DNA of 64,000 nt from positions 7,564,001 through 7,628,000 of the forward strand of contig NC_086098.1 of the NCBI RefSeq assembly GCF_963921235.1. The letters are read 5' to 3'. The position numbers and the translations under genes are program-made. This document shows, one piece after another, positions 10,790-23,027 of this stretch (the stretch's first letter is position 1; every line of letters starts with the position of its first letter). The notes below the pieces were generated by a model, which was not told the origin of the DNA, did not search any database, and saw nothing but the letters and a program-made list of their open reading frames with translations. This stretch comes from Mobula hypostoma. Lineage: Eukaryota.

Positions 10790-12014
10790 TATGTGACAAT
10801 AATTTTGATGAGTGTTATCTTAGCTAGCAAATATGTTCTTTTTAAAAATCAAATGGAAAATGTATGTATTGTTTTCCTTCATTTGAGATTCAATTCTTTG
10901 GACCAAATCACCTTTATTTCCACTGCTTGCTTAACTTTAATTATGTAAAAGCTTGCTCATTAATTATGTAGAAAGTAAAAAAAAATTGACCTACCTCAAT
11001 TGTAGTATGCCATTGACCAAAATCCGTGGTTGTGAGAATAAATATCTTCAGAGCTGATAGTACAGTATGCCAAGATGTAAAGTGCTTGGTACAAGGATCT
11101 CCTGTGTGGTGGACAGCATCCTGTCCATCACTGGAAACTCACTTCTACAAGGAGCACGGCCACAAAAAGCAGTATTCAGGAGGGAGATTGAAAATCTGGC
11201 TGAGTGGCACCACAACAACCTCTTACTCAATTGTCAGCAGGTCCAAGGAGCTGATTATTGACTTGACGAGAATATACTGGATATGCATAAGCCAGGCTCA
11301 CTGGTTTAATCAGAGGAGAAAAGAGTCAGCAACTTTAAATTCCTCATTGTTGTTATATCAGAATTTGCCCCACAAGGTAGTATATGGTGACATATATATA
11401 CTTTGATGTTAAATCTACTTTGTACTTTGAACTTCCATCATCAAGGACCTCCACCATCCAGGATATGCTTTTTTTTTAAAAAAGTTACCACCAGGAAGGT
11501 ACAAGAGCCTTAGGTTCAATGCCACCAGGTTCAAGAACAATTATTACCCTTCAAGCATCAGGTTCCTGAACCTGAATGGATAATATCACTCACCAAAACT
11601 TCGAGCTGATTCCACAAACTATGCACTTACTTTGAAGGACTCTTCAACTCATGTTATAGAGTCATAGAGAAGTACAGCACAGAAACAGGCCCTTCAACTC
11701 ATCTAGTCCATGCCAAAACCTTCTCCCATCAACCTGCACTAGGACCATAGCCCTCCACATCCTTACTATTATTTATTATCATTGCTTTTTATTCATACAG
11801 TTTGTCTTCTTTTGCACTTTGGTTGTTTGTCAGTCTTTTTGTGCAGCTTTTCTTTGATTCTATTGTGTTTTCTTCTAATATGAATGTCTGCAAGAAAATG
11901 AATCCCAAGACAGTATATGGTAGTATAAATGTACCTTGATAATAAATTTACTTTGAGCTTTGATTTCCTTGAGCTTAATTGCCTATGTTCTAAGTTGAAG
12001 ATCAGCAACACAGA

Positions 12015-12536
12015 TGTCAGGTTTCAGTGGGACTCAAGTGCAGACCAACAAATACTTTTCACCAGGATTATTAGGGAGCACAAAGGCAACAGTCTTTCAA
12101 AAACAGAAGGCAGGCACAAATCTGAAATGGCAGGCCAAGGTCTTACCAGGAAAGGCAGTCAGGCAAGGGCAGACAATCCAGAGCACACAGGCAAAAATCA
12201 GGTCCAAGAACAGGCAAAATCCAAAACACAGAATCAGGCAAAATCAGTTGGCAGAAGTCACAATGACAGGCTAGGACAACAGAGAGCAGAACTAGGACAA
12301 ACTGGCAGAGAATGCTAGTCAAGGCAGGGTTTAAATGGACAGGGTAATGAGTGAAAATTAGAAACAGGTAGGTGCAAATGAGGAGACAAGCAGGTAATTG
12401 GAGGAAGTCCAAAAAGGAAAGGGGTTGGGCCAGAACCCACATGGCCAGGTGAAAGAAAACAGAAATTAAAGACTGTCGTGATCCAGAGCTACCAGCAGAG
12501 GCCCTTCGACCCAGTGTTCAGGCCGGATCCATTACA
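12015..12536. mobile_element. Solo LTR (probably Gypsy-type, probably minus orientation)
   Basis: TGTCA...TTACA termini, near-perfect 5-bp TSD ACAGA/GCAGA, strong strand skew. Confidence 0.65.
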
Positions 12537-12704
12537 GCAGAATAAAATTAAAATTAAATTCAACATTTTGGATTTAAATTGATAGAGTTGAATGGCTACA
12601 TTTGGATCATTTACAGCCTTACTTTTTAATATTTTCAATCACCCTAATCTGACTCTCAGTTTTTTTTGGATATTGCAATTTTGAATGGATATTGCAACCT
12701 CAGT

Positions 12705-13530
12705 TACAGATATGGACAAAGAAATGGCAGATGGAGTCTAACCCAGATAAATGTAAGGTTTTGCACCTTGGTAGGGCAAATGCAAGTAGAAAATATACTG
12801 TTCAGGGCAAGACCCTTAACAGTGTTACTGGGCAGAGGGATATTGGGATCCAAGTACATAGTTCCTTGAAAGTGACTACACAGGTTGATAAGGTGGTTAG
12901 GAAGGTTTATGGAATACTTGCTTTTATTAGACGAGGCACTGAGTTCAAAAGTCAAGAGGTTATGTTGCAACTTTATAAAACTCCGGTTAGGCCACATCTG
13001 GAGTATTGCATCCAGTTCCAGTAGCCCCACCATAGGAAGAATATCAAGCTTTGGAGAGGGTGCAGAAGAGGTTTACCAGGAAGCTACCTGGTTTAGAGAC
13101 CATGTGCTGTCATGAGGGGCTAGATAAACTTGGGTTATTTTCTCAGCATTGGAGGAGATCTGATAGAGGTTTATAAGATTATGAGAGGCATAGACAATGG
13201 ACAGAGAATACCCGTTTCCCAGGGTTGAAACATCTAATACCAGAGGGCATGCATTGAAGGTGAGAGGGGGTAGGTTCAAAGGGGATGTGAGGGTTAAGTT
13301 TTTCACTCGGAGAGTGGTGGATGCCTGGAATGTGCTGCCTGGTGTGGTGGTAGAGGCAAACACATAAGAGACTTTTAAGAGTCGTTTGGATAGGCACATG
13401 GATGTGAGGAAGATGAGGGATATGGACATGGTGTAGGAAGAAGAGATTAGTGTTTGGGTGTTGTGCGATTTGCTCCTTAGCTGGTTTGGCACAACATTGT
13501 GGACCGCAGGGCCTGTTCCTGTGCTATGTT
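12705..13530 (+). mobile_element. CR1 LINE 3' fragment
   Basis: WQMESNPDKCKVLHLGR...LYKTPVRPHLEYC plus a CR1-type 3' UTR. Confidence 0.88.
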
Positions 13531-14135
13531 TTCACATTGTCTTCAAAAGCTGTGTGCGAGCAGGATAGAGCCAGAATCATGTTTAATATCACTGGCACAC
13601 TCTATGTCATGAAATATGTTGTTTCTCGGCAACATTACAGTGCAATACACAACAATTACTATTAATCGCAAATCAGAAATTCATATTAAAATAAATTGAT
13701 TAAGAATTAATTTAAACATTTAAAAATGTAATTACTTTAAATTAAATTAAATAAGTCTTTTAAAGTACACGTATGCACCAGCTACAACCCTGAGATTTGT
13801 TTACTTGCAGGCATACTCAATAAATCCAATAACCATAATAGAATCAATGAAAGACCACACCACTGGGAGGCGGGGGGGGGGGCAACCAGTGTGTACAAGA
13901 GACAACAAACTGTGCAAAGGAAAAAAAAAAAATTAATAAATAATCAATAAATATCAGGAACTTGAGATGAGGCTCCTTGAAAGTGAGTCCATAGGTGGTG
14001 GGAATATTTCAGTGATGGGATGAGTGAAGTTGTCCCCTCTTCTTCAAGAGCCTGATGGCAACTGTTCCTGAGCCTGGTGGTGAGAGTCCTGAGGCTTCTA
14101 TACCTCCTTCCCGATGGCAGCAGCAAGAGCACGTA

Positions 14136-14630
14136 GATAGGACTATAAGACACAGGAGCAGAATTAGGCCATTCAGCCCATCAAGTCTGCTCCGCCATTC
14201 TATCATGGCTGATCCTGGATCCCACTCAACCCCATACACTTGTTTCTGGCCATATCCTTTGATGCCCTGGCTGATCAGGCAACGATCAGCTTCTGCCTTA
14301 AACATACCCATAGACATGGCCTCCAATGCAGTATGTGGCAGAGCCTTTCACAGATTTACTACACTCTGGCGAAAAAAAAAATCCTCCTTACCTCGATTAT
14401 AAAGGGTCAGCCTTCAATCTTGAGGCTGTGCCTTCTAGTTCTGGATATCCCCACCATAGGAAACATCCTCTCCACATCCACCATATCTAATCCTTTCAAC
14501 ATTCAATATGTTTCAACAAGAACGCCCACATACTTCTAAATTCCAGTGAGTACAGGCCCAAAGCTGCCAAGTGCTTCTCATATGTTAACCCCATTCAGTC
14601 TCAGAATCATCCTCATGAACCTCCTCTGGA
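14136..14630 (-). mobile_element. CR1 3' fragment inserted next to Rex1 remnants
   Basis: TAAGACACAGGAGCAGAATTAGGCCATTCAGCCC tail signature, shared with other CR1 ends in the window. Confidence 0.7.
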
Positions 14631-15159
14631 ATCAGGTTTATTATCACCGGCATGTGACATGAAATTTGTGAATTTAGCAACAGCAGTTCAATGCAATACA
14701 TAATCTAGAAAAAAACACAAAATAAAATAATAATAATAAATGAATAAGTAAATCAATTACAATATAGGTATATTGAATAGATTAAAAATCGTGCAAGAAA
14801 CAGAAATACTATATATTAAAAAAAGGTGAGATAGTGTTCAAAGGTTCAATATCCATTTAGGAATCAGATGGCAGAGCGGAAGAAGCTGTTCCTGAATTGC
14901 TGAGAGAGTGTGCCTTCAGGCTTCTGTACCTCCTACCTGATGGCAACAATGAGAAAAGGTCTGGGGGTCCTTAATAATCCTGCTATCTGTTTTAATCCAC
15001 ATACGCAGCAGTTTAGAAGATTGACATATCAAAGAAACCATTTTAAATTTAACATAACAAAGAAGAAACCCCATACACTAGATTTACAACAGCCTTTGTA
15101 CACATGGTTCCTGTACCCTACCATCCTTTCCGTCTCATTGGAACGTACCTACGCAGAGT

Positions 15160-16540
15160 GTCATGCTAATATCCCCTGAAGATTTGCCACATTTCTTCCA
15201 TACATTTTCCTGAGAACACCTGTTCCCAATTTATGCTTCCAAGTTTCTGCCTGATAGCCTCATATTTCCCCTTACTCCAATGAAACACTTTCCTAACTTG
15301 TCTGTCCCTATCCCTCTCCAATGCTATGGTAAAGGAGATAAAATTGTGATCACTATCGCCAAAATGTTCTCCCACTGAGAGATCTGACAACTGACCAGGT
15401 TCATTTTCCAATACCAAATCAAGTACAGCCTCTCCTTGTGTAGGCTTAGCTCCATATTGTGTCAAGAAACCTTCTTGAACACACCTAACAAACTCTACCC
15501 CATCTAAGCCTTTTGCTCTAGGGAGATGCCAATCAATATTTGGGAAATTAGTATCTCCCACCACTACATCCCTGTTATTATTACACCTTTCCAGAATCTG
15601 ATTCCCTATTTGCTCCTCGGTGTCCCTGTTACTACTGGGTGGTCTATAAAAAATACCCAGTAGAGTTATTGACCCCTTCCTGTTCCTAACTTCCACCCAC
15701 AGGGACTCAGTAGACAATTCCCCCCATGACATCCTCCTTTTCTGAAGCCATGACACTATCTCTGATCAGCAGTGCTACAACCCCACCTGTTTTGCCTCCC
15801 TCCCTGTTCTTTCTGAAACATCTAAAGCCCGGCGCTCTAAGTAACCATTCTGCCCCTGAACCATCCAAGACTCTGTAACAGTTACTGACCCACACCCTAA
15901 GCTCATCCGCCTTGTTCATCATTCTCCTTGCATTAGAATAGACACATCTCAAACCGTCGATCTGAGCACATCCCTTCTCTATCACCTGCCTTTTCTCCCT
16001 CTCGCACTGTCTCCAAGCTTTCTCTATTTGTGAACCAACCACCTCTTCCCCAGTCTCTTCAGTTCGGTTCCCATCCCCCAACAATTCTAGTTTAACCTCT
16101 CCCCAGCAGCCTTAGCAAACCTCCCTGTCAGGATATTGGTCCCCCTGGGATTCAAGTGCAACCCATCCTTTTTGTACAGATCACACCTGCCCCAAAAGAG
16201 GTCCCAATGATCCAGAAATCTGAATCCCTGCCCCCTGCTCCAATCCCTCAACCACACATTTATCCTCCACCTCATTCTATTCCTATACTCACTGTTGCAT
16301 GGCACAGGCAGTAATCCCGAGATTACTACCTTTGAGGTCCTGCTTCTCAACTTCTTTCCTAACTCCCTATAGTCTTTTTTCAGCACCTCCTCCCTTTTCC
16401 TATCTATATCATTGGTACCACTATATACCTCGACCTCTGGCTGTTCTCATTCCCACTTCAGGATATCGTGGACGTGATCAGAATCATCCCAGGGTCTGGC
16501 ACCTGGGAGGCAAACTACCATCTGTTTTTCTTTCCTATGT
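15160..16540 (-). mobile_element. CR1 LINE fragment: ORF1 SGNH-esterase end plus ORF2 APE endonuclease (frameshifted)
   Basis: FLDHWDLFWGRCDLYKKDGLHLN (ORF1); LGIFYRPPSSN, VVVGDTNFPNIDW, VLDLVL, FGDSDHN (APE). Confidence 0.9.
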
Positions 16541-17520
16541 CAATTTGTCTATGTTCATTTGCAATCGCATTGCTTCATCTGCACTACCTACCACTCCACC
16601 TATCTTCATTTCACCTGCGAACTTTGCCACAAAGCCATCAATTCCATTATCTAAATCACTGACAAATAATGTGAAGTGTAACGGTCCCAATACTGACCCC
16701 TGAGGAACAGCACTAGTCTCTGGCAGCAAATCAGAAAAGGCCCCCTTTATTCCCACTTGCTACCTCTTGCCTGTCAGCCATTCCTCTATCCATGCCAGTT
16801 GCCTTCCTGTAAGACCATACATTTTATCTTGTTAAGCAGCATCATGTGTGGCAACTTATTGAATGCCTTCTGAAAACCCAAATAAATGACATCCACTGCC
16901 TCTCCTTTGTTCCTCCTGCTTGTTACTTCCTCAAAGAACTCTAACAGATTTGTCAGGCAAGGTTTCCCTTTTCAGAAACCATGCTGACTTTGACTTAGTT
17001 TACCATTAGTCTCCAAGTACCTTGAAAGCGCATCCTTAAAAACAGACTCCAACAGTTTCCCAGCCACTGAGGTTAGGCTAACTGGCCGATCATTTACCTT
17101 TTTTTTTGCCTTCTTCCCTTCTTAAAGAGTGGAGTGACATTTGCAATCTTTCAGTCCTCTGGGACCATGGCAGAATCAAGTGATTCTTGAAAGATCTTGA
17201 GCTATGCATCTATTATCTCTTTAGCAACCTCTCTCAGGACTCTGGGATGTAGTCCATCTGGTCCAAATGACTTATTCACGTTAAGACCTTTGAGTTTGCC
17301 TATCACTTTTTTCCTTTGTAATAGCAATGACACTCACTCCTGCTCCCTGACACTCACGGACCTCTGGCACTGCTAGTTTCTTTCATAGTGAAGAGAGATG
17401 CAAAGTACCCATTAGGTTCATCTGCCATTTTGTTGTCCCCCATTACTACCTCACCAACATCACTTTCCAGCGGTCCATTATCAACTCTCACCTCCCTTTT
17501 ACTCTTTATAAAACTGAACA
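16541..17520 (-). mobile_element. Degenerate CR1 RT fragment
   Basis: SAVPQGSVLGPLHFTLFVSDLD...VAKFAGEMKIGG; DVIYLGFQKAF-like remnants. Confidence 0.85.
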
Positions 17521-17634
17521 AACTCCTCCTGGGTGTTAGGGGTTCCTAATGATGGTCATCGCTTTCCTGTGACAGCACTCTGTGTAGATGTGCCCAATAA
17601 TGGGGAGGGCTTTATCCTGATGGACAGGGCCATA

Positions 17635-18240
17635 TAGTCATAGTCATAGTCATACTCATAGTCATACTTTATTGATCCCGGGGGAAATTGGTTTTCGTTA
17701 CAGTTGCACCATAAATAATAAATAGTAATAGAACCATAAATAGTCAAATTGTAATATGTAAATTATGCCAGTAAATTATGAAATAAGTCCAGGACCAGCC
17801 TATTGGCTCAGGGTGTCTGACCCTCCAAGGGAGGAGTTGTAAAGTTTGATGGCCACAGGCAGGAATGACTTCCTATGACGCTCTGTGTTGCATCTCGGTG
17901 GAATGAATCTCTGGCTGAATGTACTGCTGTGCCCACCCAGTACATTATGTAGTGGATGGGAGACATTGTCCAAGATGGCATGCAACTTAGACAACATCCT
18001 CTTTTCAGACACCACCGTGAGAGAGTCCAGTTCCATCCCCACAACATCACTGGCCTTACGAATGAGTTTGTTGATTCTGTTGGTGTCTGCTACCCTCAGC
18101 CTGCTGCCCCAGCACACAACAGCAAACATGATAGCATTGGCCACCACAGACTTGTAGAACATCCTCAGCATCGTACGGCAGATGTTAAAGGACCTCAGTA
18201 TCCTCTGACTCTTCTTGTAGACTGCCTCAGTGTTCTTTAA
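17635..18240 (-). mobile_element. Rex1/Babar LINE 3' fragment with (ATGACT)n tail
   Basis: ORF 17800-18171 MLRMFYKSVVANAIMFAVVCWG...HPLH...TERHRKSFLPVAIKLYN; AATAAA and a tandem tail. Confidence 0.88.
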
Positions 18241-18253
18241 CCACCCAGATTGC

Positions 18254-20403
18254 GTCAGTACCTCCAGTTGAACTCTGTCTTTTTGTGTGTTTACCCCCAG
18301 CTGCCATTCTGTGGTCTTTGTATTGCCATGTACTCTTCTTTGTTTTCATGCCCCATGTGCTCCTGTCCCCACTCCTGCTCTACCCCGGCCCCTGTATTAC
18401 TGAGTACTCCGCCTCTCACCTGTTTCCCATTACAGGTTTCCCCCGCCATCAGAAGGTAGAACGTTCCTATGAAATGGTTCGTAAGCTGAAATGTCGTAAA
18501 GCGAAGAAGCAATTACCATTTATTTATATGGGAAAATTATGTGAGCGTTCGCAGACCCAAGAATAACCTACCAAATCATGCCAAATAACACATAAAACCT
18601 AAAATAATAGTAACATATAGTAAAAGCAGGAATGATATGATAAATACACAGCCTATATAAAGTAGTAATACTTTTCTACAATCATTGCCGCACTGTTCTC
18701 CGTAGTGAAAATCTCACGCAAGCGCCATTGGCAGAAAATCTCACGCAAGCGCTGTTGGCAAAAACACGGCGCCAGCGCTCTCCAGTAACCTTTAAGCTAT
18801 GAAGCTGCCAAATCATACCAAATAACACGTAAAAATACACAGCCTATATAAGGTAGAAATAATGTATGTACAGTGTAGTATCACTTACAGGAATCGGGAA
18901 GACAGCACCGAGCACACTGATGATGGTGTGTTAGGCTGAGTCAGAGTTTGGGTGGTGCAGTGGCCCCTACCCTCCAGGCCGTCGAGTGATACATTGCCAC
19001 GAAACAGCAGGGGTGCAGCGGTAGCTGGGAGGCACACAGCACATCTTGAAAAAAGTTGAAACAAACATGCTAATTAATTAGGTGCCGCCCGGCACGTAAT
19101 TGTTGCCCCAGATCAGTGCCGATTTCTGATTGCGTCGTCTCTGATCTGGGCCGACAATTACGTGTCGGGCGGCACCTAATTAATTAGCCTGTTTATTTCG
19201 GCTTTTTTCTTAAAGATGTGCTGTGTGCCTCCCAGCTACCATTGCAATCTCCGCGAATTGGTGTCAGTCCGTGGCCTGGGGGTTGAGGTGATGGGACACT
19301 GGGGTGTCATCTCGTCATTGTCTGTTTCCATTGGAGCAGACAGCTCATTTTCTTCTGTCTCTGCCCACCTCGATGTCGAAGGTCGAGGTTTGTCGTCTGC
19401 TGTGGCTGATGTGAAAGGCTTGCTTGATTGCTGAGCCTCGCGCATTTTTCTATCACACAGTTCTTTGTAAGGACTCAAACCATCTTGCAAATATCCCCTA
19501 AACTGACGTACCCTTTCAAAATTAAAGTTGTACTTTATCATTACTCATTCGGTTTCGATTGTTATCCTTTTTCTTCCAATTGCATCAGCTCTTCATCTGT
19601 CAGTTGTTGGTCATGGGATGCCAAAACCTCTTCAACATCATCTTCATCAGCTTCCACAAGCCAAACTCATGTTGTCCTTCCTTCCTTCACCACGATCGAA
19701 ACGCTTAATCATGTCTAGTTTTAAACTAAGTGTAACACCCTTATGAGCTCTTTTAGGCTTTTCCGATACCTTAGAACTCATCTTGCAAATGGCTGCTCAC
19801 AGGCACGTGTTTAAGCAATGCCGGCCAGAATCCGGGGGAGAGTGGCTGCTTGGGGCACGCCCTGCCTTTTATCGTACGCTTATTTTTTATTGCGCCCTGT
19901 TTTTTTTCCATAACAGTGAAAACACCTTCTGAAAGTGAAAACGGGGTACTAATGTAGGTCTTTCATAACAGTGAGGTTTCGTAAAGCGAACGTTCGAAAA
20001 GCGGGGGACACCTGTATTACCTGTATTTCTGCCACCTGTGTCTCATTGTGCTCCACCTATCATCTGCCTCTCTGTTTATTGCTCAGTGTATTTCAGTCCT
20101 GTGTTTTGCCAGATTGTGTCGGTGAGTTTTCCTGAGCCTTTCCAGCATTCATATCTAAACTCTGTCCTCCTGAGTATCGACTCTGCTTGTTTGCTGACCC
20201 TGATTTCGCCGGTTTATCTTGAATGTTCTGGTTTTTGACTCCGCCTGTTTCCTGATTCTCATTTTTGGATGTCTCTGGATTTTTTGATCTCTGCTTGAAC
20301 TTTGACACTGACTTTGTTGCCTCTCTGGATTTGTTACTCAATAACTATCACAGTGTGCTCAGTACTTGGTCTGTGGTTGTGCCCCTGTTCCAGAGCCCTG
20401 ACG
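18254..20403 (+). mobile_element. Probable solo LTR split by the Tigger insertion
   Basis: Inverted termini CGTCAG...CTGACG; the pyrimidine-rich CACCTGT-containing body resumes after the Tigger TA. Confidence 0.5.
18433..20014 (-). mobile_element. Internally deleted pogo/Tigger DNA transposon
   Basis: TIRs CAGGTTTCCCCCGC and GCGGGGGACACCTG with TA TSD; transposase N-terminus MSSKVSEKPKRAHKGVTLSLKLDMIKRFDRGE from the ATG at 19781, joined to C-terminal EADEDDVEEVLASHDQQLTDEELMQLE and SPYKELCDRK; the DDE core is absent. Confidence 0.92.
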
Positions 20404-20850
20404 CGTATGCACTACACTGTGTGGGATTTTCATTCGAGGATTTTGGTGCTTCCATACCAGATTGTGATACAGCCAGTAAATATACTCTCCTCCACACACC
20501 TATCGAAGTATGTCAAAGTTTTAGATGGCATGCTGAATCTTCATAAACTCGTAAGGAAGTAGAGGTGCTGTCGTGCATTCTTTGTTATTGCACTTAGATA
20601 CTGGACACAGGACAAGTCCTCTGGAACAATAACATCGAGAAGTTGAAGACCCTCTCCAGCTCTGATCTCCTGATGAGGACAAGCTCATGGACTTCCGGCT
20701 TCTACTCCTGAAGTCAATAATCAGCTTCTTGGTCTTGCCGACATTGAGTAAGAAATTGTTGTTGCTCCACTCAGCTAGACTTTCAAACTCCTTCCTATAT
20801 GCTGATTGGCCAATGACAGTGGTGTTGTCAGTGACCTTAACTGTGGCATG

Positions 20851-21153
20851 TTGGTGCATGGCCAAGTGGTTAAGGCGTTCGTCTAGTGATCTGAAGGTCG
20901 CTATTTCGAGCCTCAGCTGAGGCAGTGTGTTGTGTCCTTGAGCAAGGCACTTAACCACACATTGCTCTGTGACGACACCGGTGCCAAGCTGTATCGGCCC
21001 TAGTGCCCTTCCCTTGGACAACATCAGTGGCGTGGAGAAGGGAGACTTGCAGCATGGGCAACTGCCGGTCTTCCATACAACCTTGCCCAGGCCTGTGCCC
21101 TGGAATCCTTCCAAGGTGCAAATCCATGCTCTCACGAGAGTAATGGATGCCTA
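20851..21153 (+). mobile_element. Full-length tRNA-derived SINE
   Basis: A box TGGCCAAGTGG, B-box-like TTCGAGCC, central CCTTGAGCAAGGCACTTAACC motif; 14-bp TSD TTAACT(G/A)TGGCATG at 20837-20850 and 21154-21167. Confidence 0.9.
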
Positions 21154-21244
21154 TTAACTATGGCATGGGAGCTGTGCTTAGCCACACAGACATAAGTCGA
21201 AATTGAATGGAGTGGAGGGCTAAGGACACAGTCTTCTGATGGAG

Positions 21245-21810
21245 ATTGTGGAGGAGCTCAGCAGGTCAGGCAGCATCTATGGAGGAGAACAAGCAGTCGA
21301 CATGCTGGCCCACGACTGGAAAGGAAGGGGGAAGAAGCCAGAATAAGAAGGGGGGGAAGGGAAGGAGTACGCTGGGAGGTGGTGAGTCAAAGCAGGTGAG
21401 TGGGTGGGGGTGGGTGGTGAAGTCAGAAGCTGGGAGGTGATAGCTGGTAAAGGCAAAGGGCTGCAAAGAACGAATCTGATAGGAGAAAAGAGTGGACCAC
21501 AGGAAAAAGGGAAGGAGGGGGAGAAGCAGAGGGAAGAGAAGGGCAGGTGAGGAGAAGAGAAGGAGTAAGATGCAGCCAGAATGATGAGTGGAAAAAGAGA
21601 GAATGGAGAGCAGAAGAGAAATTACCAGAAGTTAGAGAAATCAATGTTCATGCGATCAGGTTAGCCCACCCCTCTCTAAATTCCTCATCCGCTTTCTGCC
21701 TCCTTCCTTCCCAGTCCTCGCAACGAGTCACCGTCCAAAGTGTTGCCTGTTTATTCCACTCCACAGATGCTGCCTGATTTGTCTGTTCCTCCAGAAAATT
21801 GTGTGTTTCC
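21245..21810. mobile_element. Penelope pseudo-LTR remnants in inverted arrangement
   Basis: GGAGGAGCTCAGCAGGTCAGGCAGCATCT on the left and AGATGCTGCCTGA...TTCCTCCAG on the right, around reverse-complement Penelope 3' sequence. Confidence 0.65.
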
Positions 21811-21949
21811 TAGTATCATGGTTCTCTTTGTACAGTTTGTGAGTGTGTGAGTGTAAGTCTGTGTGTGTATACGTGAGTGTGTGTGAGTGTGTGTGTGTGT
21901 GTAACTGTGTGTGAGTGTGTACGCACAAGTACTTGTGTGCCTGTCTGCA

Positions 21950-22800
21950 TGTCTGAGCACAACCCTTCCCTATCACCTGCCTAACCTCCCTCTCGCACTG
22001 TCTCCAAGCTTTCCCTATTTGTGAGCCAACCTCCTCTTTCCCAGTCTCTTCAGTTCGGTTCCCATCCCCCAACAATTCTAGTTTAAACTCTCCCCAGCAG
22101 CCTTAGCAAACCTCCCTGTCAGGATATTGGTCCCCCTGGGATTCAAGTGCAACCCATCCTTATTGTACAGGTCACACCTGCCCCAAAAGAGGTCCCAATG
22201 ATCCAGAAATCTGAATCCCTGCCCCCTGCTCCAATCCCTCAGCCACACATTTATCCTCCATCTCACTCTATTCCTATACTCACTGTCACGTGGCACAGAC
22301 AGTAATCCCGAGATTACTACCTTTGGGGTCCTGCTTCTCAACTTCCTTCTTAACTCCCTGTAGTCTTTTTTCGGGATCCCTTCCCTTTTCGTACCTATGT
22401 CATTGGTACCAATATGTACCACGACCTCTGGCTGTTTTCCCTCCCACTGCAGGATATCTTGGACGCGATCTGAAACATCGCAGACCCTGGCACCTAGGAG
22501 GCAAACTATCATCCAAGTTTCTTTCCTGTGTCCACAGAATCGCCTGTCTGACCCCCTGACTATAGAGTCCCGTATCACTACTGCTTTCCCCTTCCTTTCC
22601 CTACCCTTCTGAGCCACAGGGCCAGACTCTGTGCCAGAGGTACGGCCACCGTTGCTTCCCCCCAGGTAGGCCGTTCCCTCCCCCCCAACAGTACTCAAAC
22701 AGGAGTACTTATTGTCAAGGGGCACAGCCACAGGGGTACTCTCTCGTACCTGACTCTTTCCCTTCCCCCTCCTGACCGTGACCCACTTGTCTGTCTCCCT
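21950..22800 (-). mobile_element. CR1 ORF1 (SGNH/GDSL esterase domain) fragment
   Basis: AVVIRDSIVR (GDS block), LGARV, HIGTNDIG, DGLHLN; closely similar to 15950-16540. Confidence 0.9.
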
Positions 22801-22950
22801 ATCGGTCTCCCTGAGGACATCTCTTCCCAATATGTGCTTCCAAGTTCCTGCCTGATAGCCTCATATTTCCCTTTACTCCAACTAAACGCTTTCCTAACTG
22901 GTCTGTTCCTATCCCTCTCCAATGCTATGGTAAGGGAGATAGAATCGTGT

Positions 22951-22989
<39 letters not shown>

Positions 22990-23027
22990 TGTGTATGTGC
23001 ATGTGTGTCTGTATATGTGTTTGTGTG

